The notes: generated by a model not told the origin, from the sequence alone. A stretch of 64,000 nt of DNA from Fidelibacterota bacterium (GCA_038280095.1 JAYPYG010000001.1:7392-71391), one strand, 5' to 3'. Positions 41,553 to 50,422 are shown, counted from the first letter of the stretch. Program-made: numbers and translations.

Positions 41553-43066
41553 ACATCTTCGTACCAAGTTAATGTTGCCGTAACATCAGCGTCAGACCCA
41601 CCACTCCTATAAGCGACAACAGAGAGGGTTGAATTTGGAGAAATTCTAGCCCTATATGGAGAAAGGTCAAAAAGCTTACTACCCTTCTCCTGAAGGGGGA
41701 CTGCCACAATAGACCTTCCACCACTCACATTGTCAGAAGCAGTATCAACGTCAGTAAAGTAAGCTCCGCTAACATCATCAAAATCCCTATTTTCTGAAGT
41801 TGTTGCGTTTTCTCTTAGCTCAATAATTATATTCTTGTTGTTTTCCGACGCAACCCCCAAGAAGAGAGGTTGAAGTTCTCTCCCGTTAAGAGCTTCTCCA
41901 AGAAGCCCTTTGTTTCGAATAGTGAGGATATTAATGTGAGAACCATTAGGCACAGTTTTTGTATTGTATGCTGAAATAGAGTTTTCTACAGGAACCTCAA
42001 GTCCCTGCCTAAACCCAGCAATAGAAGAGCAGTAAACCGTAACACTAGATGCGGCATCTGGATTGGAGGCTTGAAGGCCGAGGTTAAATGAAGGATTCCC
42101 AAGGCTTGTAGCAGTATTCGAATTTGCATACTGCAAGATGTGAACAGGCTTAAGCACACCATCAACAGGGTCTTCGATAGAAAAAATAATTGCGCCATAA
42201 CCTAAATACTGGTAATTTATTTGGTAAACATTTCCCTTTGTCGGGTCTAACTCTTCAAACGTATCACAAGACCAATCCTCTTGAGGGATTAACTCCCCGT
42301 ATTGGTCTCTACCACTTTGGTCAATAGTAACAAGGCCAAAAGCAGAAGAAGAAGAGAATGAATTATTCCCAGACTTATTACCGACCTCATTGAACCAGAA
42401 TGTAACAGTCTGGCCATTTTGCTCAGCACTAATATCATCAACATTATCGTTCAACCAAGTGGCGATTTCACTTGCTGTATAAGCAGTATCTCCAGAAGCG
42501 TCAGTTAAAGGAATGGTATATTCCACCCCGTCAATTTCAAACGTAGCATTCTCTGAACCTGAGGCGGCAATAGTTACAATTAATCTGCCAGTCTGAACCA
42601 ATCCATGATATTTGTGCCAAATACCAAATTGAGTTCCATCATAACCAAAAGAAAGTTCATCGGTTTTATTAAATGCGCCCACAGACTGTTTGCATCCCTC
42701 TGCGCTGTCGGGAAATCTCGCGGCAAATCTTATTAAACCACCCTCTCCAGCTCTGTAATTCAAGAACCTTTTTGACATAAACTCTCCTTTTGACCCTTGA
42801 GTTAAGCCAGAAGTAACCTTCATCTCGTTAGCGGAGACAATTGCGTTACCACTTCCCGAAGATGAGGCATTCATATTTGGTGGATTTATATTGCGAGCAG
42901 GAATACACTGAACTACAGGCTCATTAACAGCAACAAGCCTTTCACCAAATACAGTCAGCGGGTCGGTGTAAGATGCGTCGCCCTCCCATTTTGTAGTTAT
43001 TGGGTTATATTTATGAGAGTAACTCTTTTGCTCTTTTAGAGCGGGTGGTAGTGATGCGTTATTCAT
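41549..43066 (-). CDS. large beta-rich protein, putative virion structural protein
   Basis: 505 aa, rich in Ser/Asn/Gly/Thr, with no enzymatic motif. Segments such as FLNYRAGEGGLIRFAARF ... QSVGAFNKTDELSFGYDGTQFGIWHKY look like jelly-roll/lectin-type structural proteins. This is an impression only, so the function is uncertain. Confidence 0.3.
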   Translation of the reverse strand: MNNASLPPALKEQKSYSHKYNPITTKWEGDASYTDPLTVFGERLVAVNEPVVQCIPARNINPPNMNASSSGSGNAIVSANEMKVTSGLTQGSKGEFMSKRFLNYRAGEGGLIRFAARFPDSAEGCKQSVGAFNKTDELSFGYDGTQFGIWHKYHGLVQTGRLIVTIAASGSENATFEIDGVEYTIPLTDASGDTAYTASEIATWLNDNVDDISAEQNGQTVTFWFNEVGNKSGNNSFSSSSAFGLVTIDQSGRDQYGELIPQEDWSCDTFEELDPTKGNVYQINYQYLGYGAIIFSIEDPVDGVLKPVHILQYANSNTATSLGNPSFNLGLQASNPDAASSVTVYCSSIAGFRQGLEVPVENSISAYNTKTVPNGSHINILTIRNKGLLGEALNGRELQPLFLGVASENNKNIIIELRENATTSENRDFDDVSGAYFTDVDTASDNVSGGRSIVAVPLQEKGSKLFDLSPYRARISPNSTLSVVAYRSGGSDADVTATLTWYEDV

Positions 43067-43080
43067 TTTTATTTTTATTT

Positions 43081-43527
43081 CTAATTAGATTGTGAAGTTT
43101 TCGGGTTTTGTGGTGGCTGAATCGCAAAAGACTTTAAATCCTGCAACAATTGAGCCACGTTTTTAAGTTCTGCGTGCATTGAGCCAATTTCAATGCGTAT
43201 TTCTGTCCCTAATTCTGTTTGTCTTTGAAGGTCTTCTTTCATAGTGTTCATAGTTTTTTCATTTGTTGTGATGCGCTCTTTTAACAAATCTATGTCCGAC
43301 TTGTTCGCTAGGTATTTCTTAGATTCTTCTATTTTTTCTAATCGCCCTGTAAGAGAGTTAATTTTTCCTTCAATCTCCTCGATAATTTTCTTACGAGATT
43401 CTTCTCCGTCTATAAGCTTCTTCGTCTTATACCTAGTGATAAGGGCGGAACCAATGATACCACCAAGAGCTATAGCACTTAAAATCAAAGCCAATACATC
43501 TTTTGCTAGTTTTATTTCGTCGCCCAT
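43081..43527 (-). CDS. N-terminally membrane-anchored coiled-coil protein
   Basis: 148 aa. TM helix VLALILSAIALGGIIGSALI followed by heptad-rich E/K/L sequence. It has one of the few AGGAG motifs in the window, 14 nt upstream of its ATG. Confidence 0.5.
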   Translation of the reverse strand: MGDEIKLAKDVLALILSAIALGGIIGSALITRYKTKKLIDGEESRKKIIEEIEGKINSLTGRLEKIEESKKYLANKSDIDLLKERITTNEKTMNTMKEDLQRQTELGTEIRIEIGSMHAELKNVAQLLQDLKSFAIQPPQNPKTSQSN

Positions 43528-43581
43528 TGTTAAAATCCCTACTCCTTAGTACACTGAAAGACAATTTATTTTTGGTTTTTC

Positions 43582-43610
43582 TTGCAAGTTGTACGAAAAT
43601 TTGCTAATTT
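43582..43610 (+). promoter_or_regulatory. sigma70-type promoter (TTGCAA-17-TAATTT), leaderless geometry
   Basis: -35 at 43582-43587 and -10 at 43605-43610. ATG 43619 is 8 nt after the -10. Confidence 0.45.
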
Positions 43611-43618
43611 TGTCACAA

Positions 43619-43861
43619 ATGAAAGCCCCTGAAATCAAAAACATTCATTTCCCTAACAGGAGAAGCCTTCAAACATCTCGCAAGAGGAAAGCTGAGGTAG
43701 GTGACACTGTCCGAATTGGAGTTCAGGGCATAGAGTTTGAGGGTTGCGAGGGGTTTGTTGTTTCTCGAAATGGGGCTTATTACTACATTCGCCCAAAATA
43801 CTACAAACATCAAATTGAACTTTTCCGTCATGAATTTACTCTTTTACGAAAGAAAGCTTGA
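43619..43861 (+). CDS. hypothetical protein (80 aa from ATG 43619)
   Basis: The track ORF starts at TTG 43589, inside the promoter. I prefer ATG 43619. Confidence 0.4.
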   Translation: MKAPEIKNIHFPNRRSLQTSRKRKAEVGDTVRIGVQGIEFEGCEGFVVSRNGAYYYIRPKYYKHQIELFRHEFTLLRKKA

Positions 43862-43906
43862 TTTTCTGCACGAATTTTAGTATGCTTCTCTCATCACACA
43901 AAAACC

Positions 43907-44806
43907 ATGATAGAAATTAAAAACAACAAAGGTCAAACCCTCAATCACAAATCTTTCACTTTTAGCGGCGGAGAGGTTCAAGTTAAATTAGACCCAGAAG
44001 GAAAAGCTTGGTTCTTTAAAGGGGTCGATGGGTACATAATTACTGCTCGCATTCGCTCCAGCGAAGACTTAATGGAGCTAGTTATGGCAACAGATGCTTT
44101 GCGCAGGGTAGCCAGAGCATTCTCCAGCAAGGCTGAAATTATATTAAAACTCGGCTATACTCCATACGCTCGCCAAGACAGAGTTTGTGATGCTGGTGAA
44201 GCTTTTGGAATGAAGGCTTTTGCGAATATCATCAACTCCCTTGGTTTTGAAGATGTGCTTGTCTTAGACCCACATTCCGACGTTGTTTGCGCAACAATCG
44301 ACAGTTGCTACTCTATTGACATGTACGACATTGTTCGCTCTTGGATGGGGTCTATGGCTCGAACAGGTATCCCCGAACTAAACTTACACCTCGATGATTG
44401 GGACTTTATTTCTCCCGACGCTGGAGCAAACAAAAAGACAGCGAAGCTTGCAGGAGCATTTAAGAAAACAAGTTTCATTCGGGCCGATAAACTTAGAGAT
44501 TGCACAAACGGAGAAATCCTTGAAACAGTTGTTTACGGCCAACCAAAGAAGAAAGTTATGATTTTTGACGACATTTGTGACGGAGGGATGACTTTCATCA
44601 AACTCGCTGAAGCCCTCCAAGCAAAAGGAGTTGAAGACATCAACCTTTATGTAACTCACGGAATATTTTCCAAAGGGCTACTCCCTCTTACTGAAGCAGG
44701 CATTAAGAGAATCTTCACAACCAACACCTTTAGAACAAAGGAAGAGTATTCCGAAGAGTTTGGCAATCTTGTTGGAGAACAATTATTTGTATTAGACATT
44801 ATCTAA
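43907..44806 (+). CDS. ribose-phosphate pyrophosphokinase homolog (Prs-like; candidate ADPR pyrophosphokinase Adps)
   Basis: 299 aa. PRTase-type ribose-phosphate loop VMIFDDICDGGMTF with an overall Prs layout. It lies directly upstream of a NAMPT homolog. Confidence 0.75.
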   Translation: MIEIKNNKGQTLNHKSFTFSGGEVQVKLDPEGKAWFFKGVDGYIITARIRSSEDLMELVMATDALRRVARAFSSKAEIILKLGYTPYARQDRVCDAGEAFGMKAFANIINSLGFEDVLVLDPHSDVVCATIDSCYSIDMYDIVRSWMGSMARTGIPELNLHLDDWDFISPDAGANKKTAKLAGAFKKTSFIRADKLRDCTNGEILETVVYGQPKKKVMIFDDICDGGMTFIKLAEALQAKGVEDINLYVTHGIFSKGLLPLTEAGIKRIFTTNTFRTKEEYSEEFGNLVGEQLFVLDII

Positions 44807-44812
44807 AAGAAA

Positions 44813-46468
44813 ATGAATCCATTATTAGCAACAGATAGCTACAAACAAAGCCACTGCCAACAGTACCCAGAGGGTACGGAAATGGTATATTCCAACCTAA
44901 CGCCGCGCTCTACTAAGTACGCCCCAAAAGCTGAAGGAGCAGACGATAAGGTTGTCAGTATCGGCATTCAGTTTTTTGTCAAAGAATTTTTGATTGCGCG
45001 GTTTAATAAATACTTTTTCAACCGCCCTAAAAAAGAAGTGATTGCAGAGTATGAGCGAGTCATGCGAGCACACCTTGGCAACGACGGGGTCGGCGTAGAC
45101 AAAATCGCCGCGTTGCATGATTTGGGCTATTTACCAATCTGCATTCGCGCACTCCCAGAAGGTTCCGTAGTGAAAGCTGGAGTTCCAGTTATGACCATTT
45201 ACAACCTTTTGCCTGAATTTTACTGGTTGACAAATTATCTTGAGACAATCCTCGCAGGCTACACATGGAAGGCGTCCACAAGCGCTACAACAGCTCGAAA
45301 ATACAAACAAATCGCACTTAAGTATGCTGCTCCAGAAGAGCGTCCAGCGGTCGATGTTCAAGGACACGACTTCTCCTTTAGAGGAATGACGTTTCTTGAT
45401 GACGCTGGAATGAGCGGCTTAGGTCACCTTCTCAACTTCATTGGAACGGACACTATCGCGGCAATTCCATATATTGAGGATTACTACAATTCCGAAGTCG
45501 GAAAAGATTTTGTCGCAATCTCTGTGCCAGCTACAGAACACAGCGTACAAAGTCTTAGAGCAGACTACTCTGGAGAAGAGCCAGATGAACTCGAAAGCAT
45601 TCGAGAATTAATTGAAGACATCTACCCAGAGAATATCGTATCCATTGTTGCAGACACGTTTGACTTCTGGAATATGATTACAGTCAACGCTCGAATATTA
45701 AAGCCAAAGATTCTCGCTCGAACTGGAGAAGCTCCATTTCCACGGGTAGTTTTCCGTCCAGACAGCGGAAATCCAGTAGACGTTCTTTGCGGAAAAGCAA
45801 AGGAAGTTGAAAATCTCACAGAAAATTCCGTATCGACAGCGGCGTTCGAAGGCTTCACGTACGTCAAAAACAAAGGTAAGTTCTTCCAAATCATCAATAA
45901 ATATCCAGCGAGTAATTCTGTAAGCTGGAGAGAGGTGACAGAAGAACTGACAGAGCAGGAAGAAGCCGAGCTTAATGGCGCGGTTGAAACGCTCTGGAAT
46001 ATTTTTGGCGGTACTGTGAATAGCGAAGGTAATCGACTCATGGATTCTCACGTTGGCCTTATTTATGGTGACTCCATCACTCTTGAGCGTGCAGAAATCA
46101 TCTTCCGCCGCCTAAAAGCAAAAGGGTTCAGCACATTGAATGTCGTTCTTGGTATTGGTTCTTTCACCTATCAATGCGTAACTCGCGACACTTATGGTTA
46201 TGCTGTAAAAGCTACAGCGGGAATTGTTTATGGCGATGAAAAATTCATCTACAAAGCACCAAAGACAGACACTGGAGGCTTCAAGAAGTCTGCTCGCGGA
46301 TTCCTTGCGGTTCGCAAAGACGAAAGTGGAGAATACTACTTAGTAGACAAACTCTCCTTTAAAGAGTCTGAGAAAAACACAGAACTTGATGTTGTTTTCT
46401 TCAACGGTGAGCTTCGTCGAGATGAAAACTTCGCAGATATTCGCAAACGCTACCAAAAGACTCTATGA
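44813..46468 (+). CDS. nicotinamide phosphoribosyltransferase homolog (NAMPT/NadV-like; candidate Namat)
   Basis: 551 aa. MNPLLATDSYKQSH, YWLTNYLETIL, GHDFSFRG, NFIGTDTIA, PATEHS, FRPDSGNP and LIYGDSIT all parallel conserved NAMPT blocks. Confidence 0.85.
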   Translation: MNPLLATDSYKQSHCQQYPEGTEMVYSNLTPRSTKYAPKAEGADDKVVSIGIQFFVKEFLIARFNKYFFNRPKKEVIAEYERVMRAHLGNDGVGVDKIAALHDLGYLPICIRALPEGSVVKAGVPVMTIYNLLPEFYWLTNYLETILAGYTWKASTSATTARKYKQIALKYAAPEERPAVDVQGHDFSFRGMTFLDDAGMSGLGHLLNFIGTDTIAAIPYIEDYYNSEVGKDFVAISVPATEHSVQSLRADYSGEEPDELESIRELIEDIYPENIVSIVADTFDFWNMITVNARILKPKILARTGEAPFPRVVFRPDSGNPVDVLCGKAKEVENLTENSVSTAAFEGFTYVKNKGKFFQIINKYPASNSVSWREVTEELTEQEEAELNGAVETLWNIFGGTVNSEGNRLMDSHVGLIYGDSITLERAEIIFRRLKAKGFSTLNVVLGIGSFTYQCVTRDTYGYAVKATAGIVYGDEKFIYKAPKTDTGGFKKSARGFLAVRKDESGEYYLVDKLSFKESEKNTELDVVFFNGELRRDENFADIRKRYQKTL

Positions 46469-46731
46469 GTGATTCAGGGTACGAGGTAAGGAACGGGTTG
46501 ATTGGGCTACAAAGCTCAGTCACCGTTTCCTTGTCTCCTGAAGAACTGCAAGACCTCAAAAAAACAATCAATTTAATTATAGCGGGAAACGAACAAGGCA
46601 AGTCGAAAGACATAGAAACACTGAACAGGGTAAGTTCAGCTCACAGGCAAGCCGAACACCTTTACAATTGCAAAGTGAAATGTTGGTACAACCCAACATC
46701 AGGAAAACTCATAAGAATTGAACAGATATGA
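46465..46731 (+). CDS. hypothetical protein (88 aa)
   Basis: ATGA overlaps at both ends. Confidence 0.4.
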   Translation: MSDSGYEVRNGLIGLQSSVTVSLSPEELQDLKKTINLIIAGNEQGKSKDIETLNRVSSAHRQAEHLYNCKVKCWYNPTSGKLIRIEQI

Positions 46732-48212
46732 AAATCGCATTAGTAGGAGCGCATTGCACAGGAAAAACCACACTAGCTCAGGCTTTAGAAACAAAAATGG
46801 GCTTCCCATTTCTAAAACTAGATGAGGCTGCGAAACTTGGGGCGGAATTGGCGCCAAATCTTAGACTAGATAAAATTCCAACAGATAAGCAGCGCGACCT
46901 TCAGCGAGCATTTTACAAAAATGCACAAAAGCTTCAGGACAGCGAAGGCCCATTCATCCTCGACTGCTGTTCACTAACTTGCATTCCATATAGAAAGCTA
47001 CTTAACACACCATTCCAGCTTGGCACAGACGCACTAGAATCAATAAACAGCGCAAGGCAGCTCGATTTCATTTTCTATCTTCCGCCAGAAATTCCATATA
47101 AAGCTGAAAACTTTCGACCCAAAGCCCCTGAGACGAGAAGTTATATTGACAAGGAAATACTTCACCTTCTTGATTCAGAAGAGATACCATACACTACACT
47201 ACATGGCACAGTAAAACAGAGAGTTGAGCAAATTTTTTCGACAATCAACTACAAACAAAGCCAAGAAATAGTCAAAAAAAAGGGTGCTTACATTGCATTT
47301 GAGGGGCTTCCTGGCAGCGGGAAGACCACACAAATTGAAATGCTAAAAAACAGACTAGAAGGTCTTGGGTACAAAACTCATGTATGCGAGAGAACATTCA
47401 CCGAAGAGAAAAAAAATAGAATTTTTGAACTGTATAAAGATACAAAAAACAATGCCAAAGAACTTTTAGAACTCCACGTTCAGGCATTTCGGGAGCAGGA
47501 GTGGAAAAATCAAGTCCCACAAAGATTGAGGGATGGCGAGATTGTAATCACAGACAGGCACATAGCCACAGTCACAACATTTCACGAAGCCCTTGGAATT
47601 ATTCCGCGAGAAGAAATATTACAGTCAATCGGAGACATACTCAGACCAAGTAAAACAATTTATATAGACATCCCTCCCGCCTTGGCAATTTCAAGGATTA
47701 TCGAGCGCGGAGAAGAAAAAGAAACTCCAGCAAAGAAAGACTTCTTAGTTCAATCTGAAGTGCGCAGAAATTACCAACACTGGCTCAAGAGTGCGGTGGG
47801 AGCAATTAGCGTGTGCGGCTCGCAAAACCAAAAAAGAATCCATGAAAATATTATGGATGCCCTGAAGTTCGAGCCAGACTTCTCGGCGGTAGTTGAGGCA
47901 AGCAAACATATTGAAAGAATGTACTCTCGCCAAAAAACAACCCCAATTTGGGGGGAAAGTGAAATACTCCTCGACTTGCAGTATCAAGTTGGGCAAATGG
48001 CGAGGAATTATCTTCAAACACACAGATTATGTCACGAAAAAATTGAAGAGCCACAAAAAGAGCTTGCATTAGATATTAGTGATGTGATATACTTATCTTC
48101 TCTTTTAGCAGGGAAGAGAGGAATTGACCTCAATGAAGCATTTTCCGCACACACGAAAGTTGAAGCAGAAAAAATCAACAAAAGAGTGAATGAAGTAAAC
48201 AAAGACAAATGA
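46728..48212 (+). CDS. three-domain fusion: NadR/AAA_28-like P-loop kinase + thymidylate-kinase-like domain + MazG-like helical domain
   Basis: 494 aa.
- Domain 1: MKIALVGAHCTGKTTLAQAL.
- Domain 2: AYIAFEGLPGSGKTTQIEMLKNRLEGLGY ... ITDRH, a Tmk signature.
- C-terminus: ELALDISDVIYLSSLLAGKRGIDLNEAF resembles the second MazG helix pair, whereas the first E-E-x-G-E helix reads LQYQVGQMA. Confidence 0.55.
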   Translation: MKIALVGAHCTGKTTLAQALETKMGFPFLKLDEAAKLGAELAPNLRLDKIPTDKQRDLQRAFYKNAQKLQDSEGPFILDCCSLTCIPYRKLLNTPFQLGTDALESINSARQLDFIFYLPPEIPYKAENFRPKAPETRSYIDKEILHLLDSEEIPYTTLHGTVKQRVEQIFSTINYKQSQEIVKKKGAYIAFEGLPGSGKTTQIEMLKNRLEGLGYKTHVCERTFTEEKKNRIFELYKDTKNNAKELLELHVQAFREQEWKNQVPQRLRDGEIVITDRHIATVTTFHEALGIIPREEILQSIGDILRPSKTIYIDIPPALAISRIIERGEEKETPAKKDFLVQSEVRRNYQHWLKSAVGAISVCGSQNQKRIHENIMDALKFEPDFSAVVEASKHIERMYSRQKTTPIWGESEILLDLQYQVGQMARNYLQTHRLCHEKIEEPQKELALDISDVIYLSSLLAGKRGIDLNEAFSAHTKVEAEKINKRVNEVNKDK

Positions 48213-48598
48213 AATTAAAAAGTTCAAAAGAGCAAATCCCCTACAAACACCGCCCTTGGATTGGCGTTGACCTTGACGGGACTCTCGCCTACTATCAAAG
48301 CGGTGACGGAGTAGATTCAATTGGCGCCCCAATCCCTAAAATGAAGGATAGGGTTGTAAAGTGGGTTTTAGCGGGAGAGCGCGTAAAAATCATGACAGCT
48401 CGCGCATGCCAACAACCATACAAAGACGAATTGGTTGCACAGATTAAAGAGTGGCTAAAACTCCACTTTCCAGTCTACTGTCACGACATTGAAGTGACGA
48501 ATGAAAAAGATTTTCTTATGAAAGTTCTGTATGACGACAGAGCGGTACAAGTATTAGCAAACACAGGAGATATAGTTGGCGGTGAACATCTTAGATAA
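48209..48598 (+). CDS. small HAD-superfamily phosphatase-like protein
   Basis: 129 aa. WIGVDLDGTLAYY (D-x-D-G-T), VKIMTARA, LYDDRAVQV. Confidence 0.5.
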   Translation: MKLKSSKEQIPYKHRPWIGVDLDGTLAYYQSGDGVDSIGAPIPKMKDRVVKWVLAGERVKIMTARACQQPYKDELVAQIKEWLKLHFPVYCHDIEVTNEKDFLMKVLYDDRAVQVLANTGDIVGGEHLR

Positions 48599-48857
48599 TG
48601 TTAGAAAATGGCTAAACAGAAGGCCAGTAAAGGTAGACAAATTCGAGTTAATCTCGAATCAAGACAGGTTTTATGCCTACAAAATCTCAGTCTACAAACG
48701 TGAAGAGGTTATCGTAAAGAAAGGCTTAATTGAAAGCACCTTTATTCAAACGATGGATAATCCAGAAATTGTTGCCAAGTTTCGCTGCGGAAAAGATGGC
48801 GAAGATTGCGCAATGGAACTCGTCGCGAAGTTAGCAGCATCACAAAAAATCATCTAA
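48576..48857 (+). CDS. hypothetical protein (about 93 aa; non-ATG start uncertain)
   Basis: ORF with a TTG/GTG start that overlaps the upstream gene. Confidence 0.35.
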   Translation: MAVNILDNVRKWLNRRPVKVDKFELISNQDRFYAYKISVYKREEVIVKKGLIESTFIQTMDNPEIVAKFRCGKDGEDCAMELVAKLAASQKII

Positions 48858-49096
48858 TGAAAGCATTCATTCTTATTACGTTAGCCCTCTTATGTGGAGG
48901 GTGTTTAACACAGTCTGAGCAAGTCTCGCTTCAAGAAGCTCCCATTTCTCGAATAGGCATGGGCAATGATTCTCACAGAGCTAACGCAAAAAAGCTTGGG
49001 ATTCCCTACGTGGATTATCTCCACATGCACAATACTGGTAAAGTGAGAGCCACTAAATCACGAATTGTACATTATCACAGGTTTGAATTGCGATGA
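48857..49096 (+). CDS. small putative lipoprotein / secreted protein (79 aa)
   Basis: ATG 48857 (TAATG overlap). N-terminus MKAFILITLALLCGGCLTQ is a signal peptide with a lipobox-like L-x-G-G-C. Confidence 0.45.
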   Translation: MKAFILITLALLCGGCLTQSEQVSLQEAPISRIGMGNDSHRANAKKLGIPYVDYLHMHNTGKVRATKSRIVHYHRFELR

Positions 49097-49119
49097 AGTG
49101 TAAATCGTCAAATTAGACA

Positions 49120-49149
49120 TTGACAATTACATAGGCTTTGCTGTACAAT
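49120..49149 (+). promoter_or_regulatory. sigma70-type promoter (TTGACA-18-TACAAT)
   Basis: -35 at 49120-49125 and -10 at 49144-49149, 76 nt upstream of the GTG 49226 start. Confidence 0.45.
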
Positions 49150-49225
49150 GGGAAGACTTAAAAAAATAAAACAAATAATACCATACACCATTCATCTACG
49201 GAGCTATAGAAAAGGTTAAAAGCAA

Positions 49226-49480
49226 GTGAGCAACTCTTACGAAATCAAATTCACAGAAGAAAGAATTCGCCAATTAGAGCAAATCAAAAAAAGTCGTCCC
49301 AAGAAGTTAATTCTGACTCCAAGATTTTTATTTGAGTTTGATTCCCCAAACAACACAATTAACAGCTTCATAGATTTTGGAGCATCGGATATTTTTACCC
49401 CAGACGAGCTTGCAGAAGCTATAATCTCAAAACTCAATGGCAGACTCTCTCAACTTCGTGGCGAAAACGCTAGAATTTAA
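49226..49480 (+). CDS. hypothetical protein (84 aa, GTG start)
   Basis: ORF preceded by an AAAGG motif 11 nt upstream. Confidence 0.4.
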   Translation: MSNSYEIKFTEERIRQLEQIKKSRPKKLILTPRFLFEFDSPNNTINSFIDFGASDIFTPDELAEAIISKLNGRLSQLRGENARI

Positions 49481-49484
49481 AGCT

Positions 49485-49787
49485 ATGGAAAAAGGCTCGA
49501 AAAGTTTATTCCCATTAAAAACTCTTGAAGAGGGTAGATTTTACGAAATCGACGCTCGAAACTTTGGTGTAGGGTTATACATTGGAGAAGGGAAGTTTCT
49601 TGGGGCGAGAGAAAGCTTTGGGGATATTTTTTTATTCCCAGAGGAGCATGAGGACGCACCCTACCTCGGAACGGTGAGAGTCATAAGAAAAACTAACTTA
49701 AAACTAGAGAAGGATGCGGAAGAGTACGAAGAGGAAGAAATTATAAACATGCTTCGCGAACTTGGAAAGGAAATAGAAGATGAATAA
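49485..49787 (+). CDS. hypothetical protein (100 aa)
   Basis: I prefer ATG 49485, just after the upstream stop, over the track start 49437. Confidence 0.4.
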   Translation: MEKGSKSLFPLKTLEEGRFYEIDARNFGVGLYIGEGKFLGARESFGDIFLFPEEHEDAPYLGTVRVIRKTNLKLEKDAEEYEEEEIINMLRELGKEIEDE

Positions 49788-50319
49788 CTTACTAGCAAAT
49801 ACAAAAACCTACCTAGTTGGCCACATGCAGTATGTTGAAGGCCGAAACTGGAGAGAAGAAGTAACAGAGAAGCTGTCAAAGATAAATGTTAAGTGCTTTG
49901 ACCCATACAAAAAACCATTTATTGAAGAGGTTAAAGAGGATGAGGAAACCCGCGAGACTCTTGACAAGTGGATGCGCTCAAAACAATATGATAGGGTTGC
50001 CGAACGACTCAAAGCGGTAAGAGCGTACGACCTCAACCTTGTTGACCGCTCAGATTTTATTGTAGCTCACCTTGTCCCTGAAGTTGCGAGCTGGGGAAGT
50101 GCGGAAGAAATCACAACTGCGGTGCGTTGCCGCAAGCCTATTTTTGTCAGCATGGAAGGCGGGAAAGAAAAAACTCCACTCTGGATGATGGGAATGTTTC
50201 CACACAAATACATTTACGATTCAGTGGACGAGATTGTGGATGTGCTTTATGCAATTAATGATGGAACACAGCCTATCGACTCAGATAGGTGGAGACTTCT
50301 AAAACCTGAATATAGATAA
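49780..50319 (+). CDS. nucleoside 2-deoxyribosyltransferase-like protein
   Basis: 179 aa. TYLVGHM...NWREEV ... DLNLVDRSDFIVAHL ... SWGSAEEITTAVRCRKPIFV follows the layout of the NDT-like family (Rossmann-like, with acidic residues after strands). Confidence 0.4.
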   Translation: MNNLLANTKTYLVGHMQYVEGRNWREEVTEKLSKINVKCFDPYKKPFIEEVKEDEETRETLDKWMRSKQYDRVAERLKAVRAYDLNLVDRSDFIVAHLVPEVASWGSAEEITTAVRCRKPIFVSMEGGKEKTPLWMMGMFPHKYIYDSVDEIVDVLYAINDGTQPIDSDRWRLLKPEYR

Positions 50320-50385
50320 GATGGGCTGGGAAATAAACTTCATAATATTTGTTGCATGCTCTTACCTAGTTTATAGGAAATGGGC

Positions 50386-50415
50386 TTGACAGAAATCACT
50401 GTAATATAGTAAAAT
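50386..50415 (+). promoter_or_regulatory. sigma70-type promoter (TTGACA-18-TAAAAT), leaderless geometry
   Basis: -35 at 50386-50391 and -10 at 50410-50415. ATG 50423 is 7 nt after the -10. Confidence 0.5.
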
Positions 50416-50422
50416 AAAAATC

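Noticed and set aside
43081-49096. Spanin pair hypothesis (TM coiled-coil protein 43081-43527 as i-spanin, lipoprotein 48857-49096 as o-spanin)
   Set aside because: The genes are 5 kb apart and on opposite strands. No endolysin or holin is recognisable nearby, whereas spanin genes are normally adjacent or embedded.
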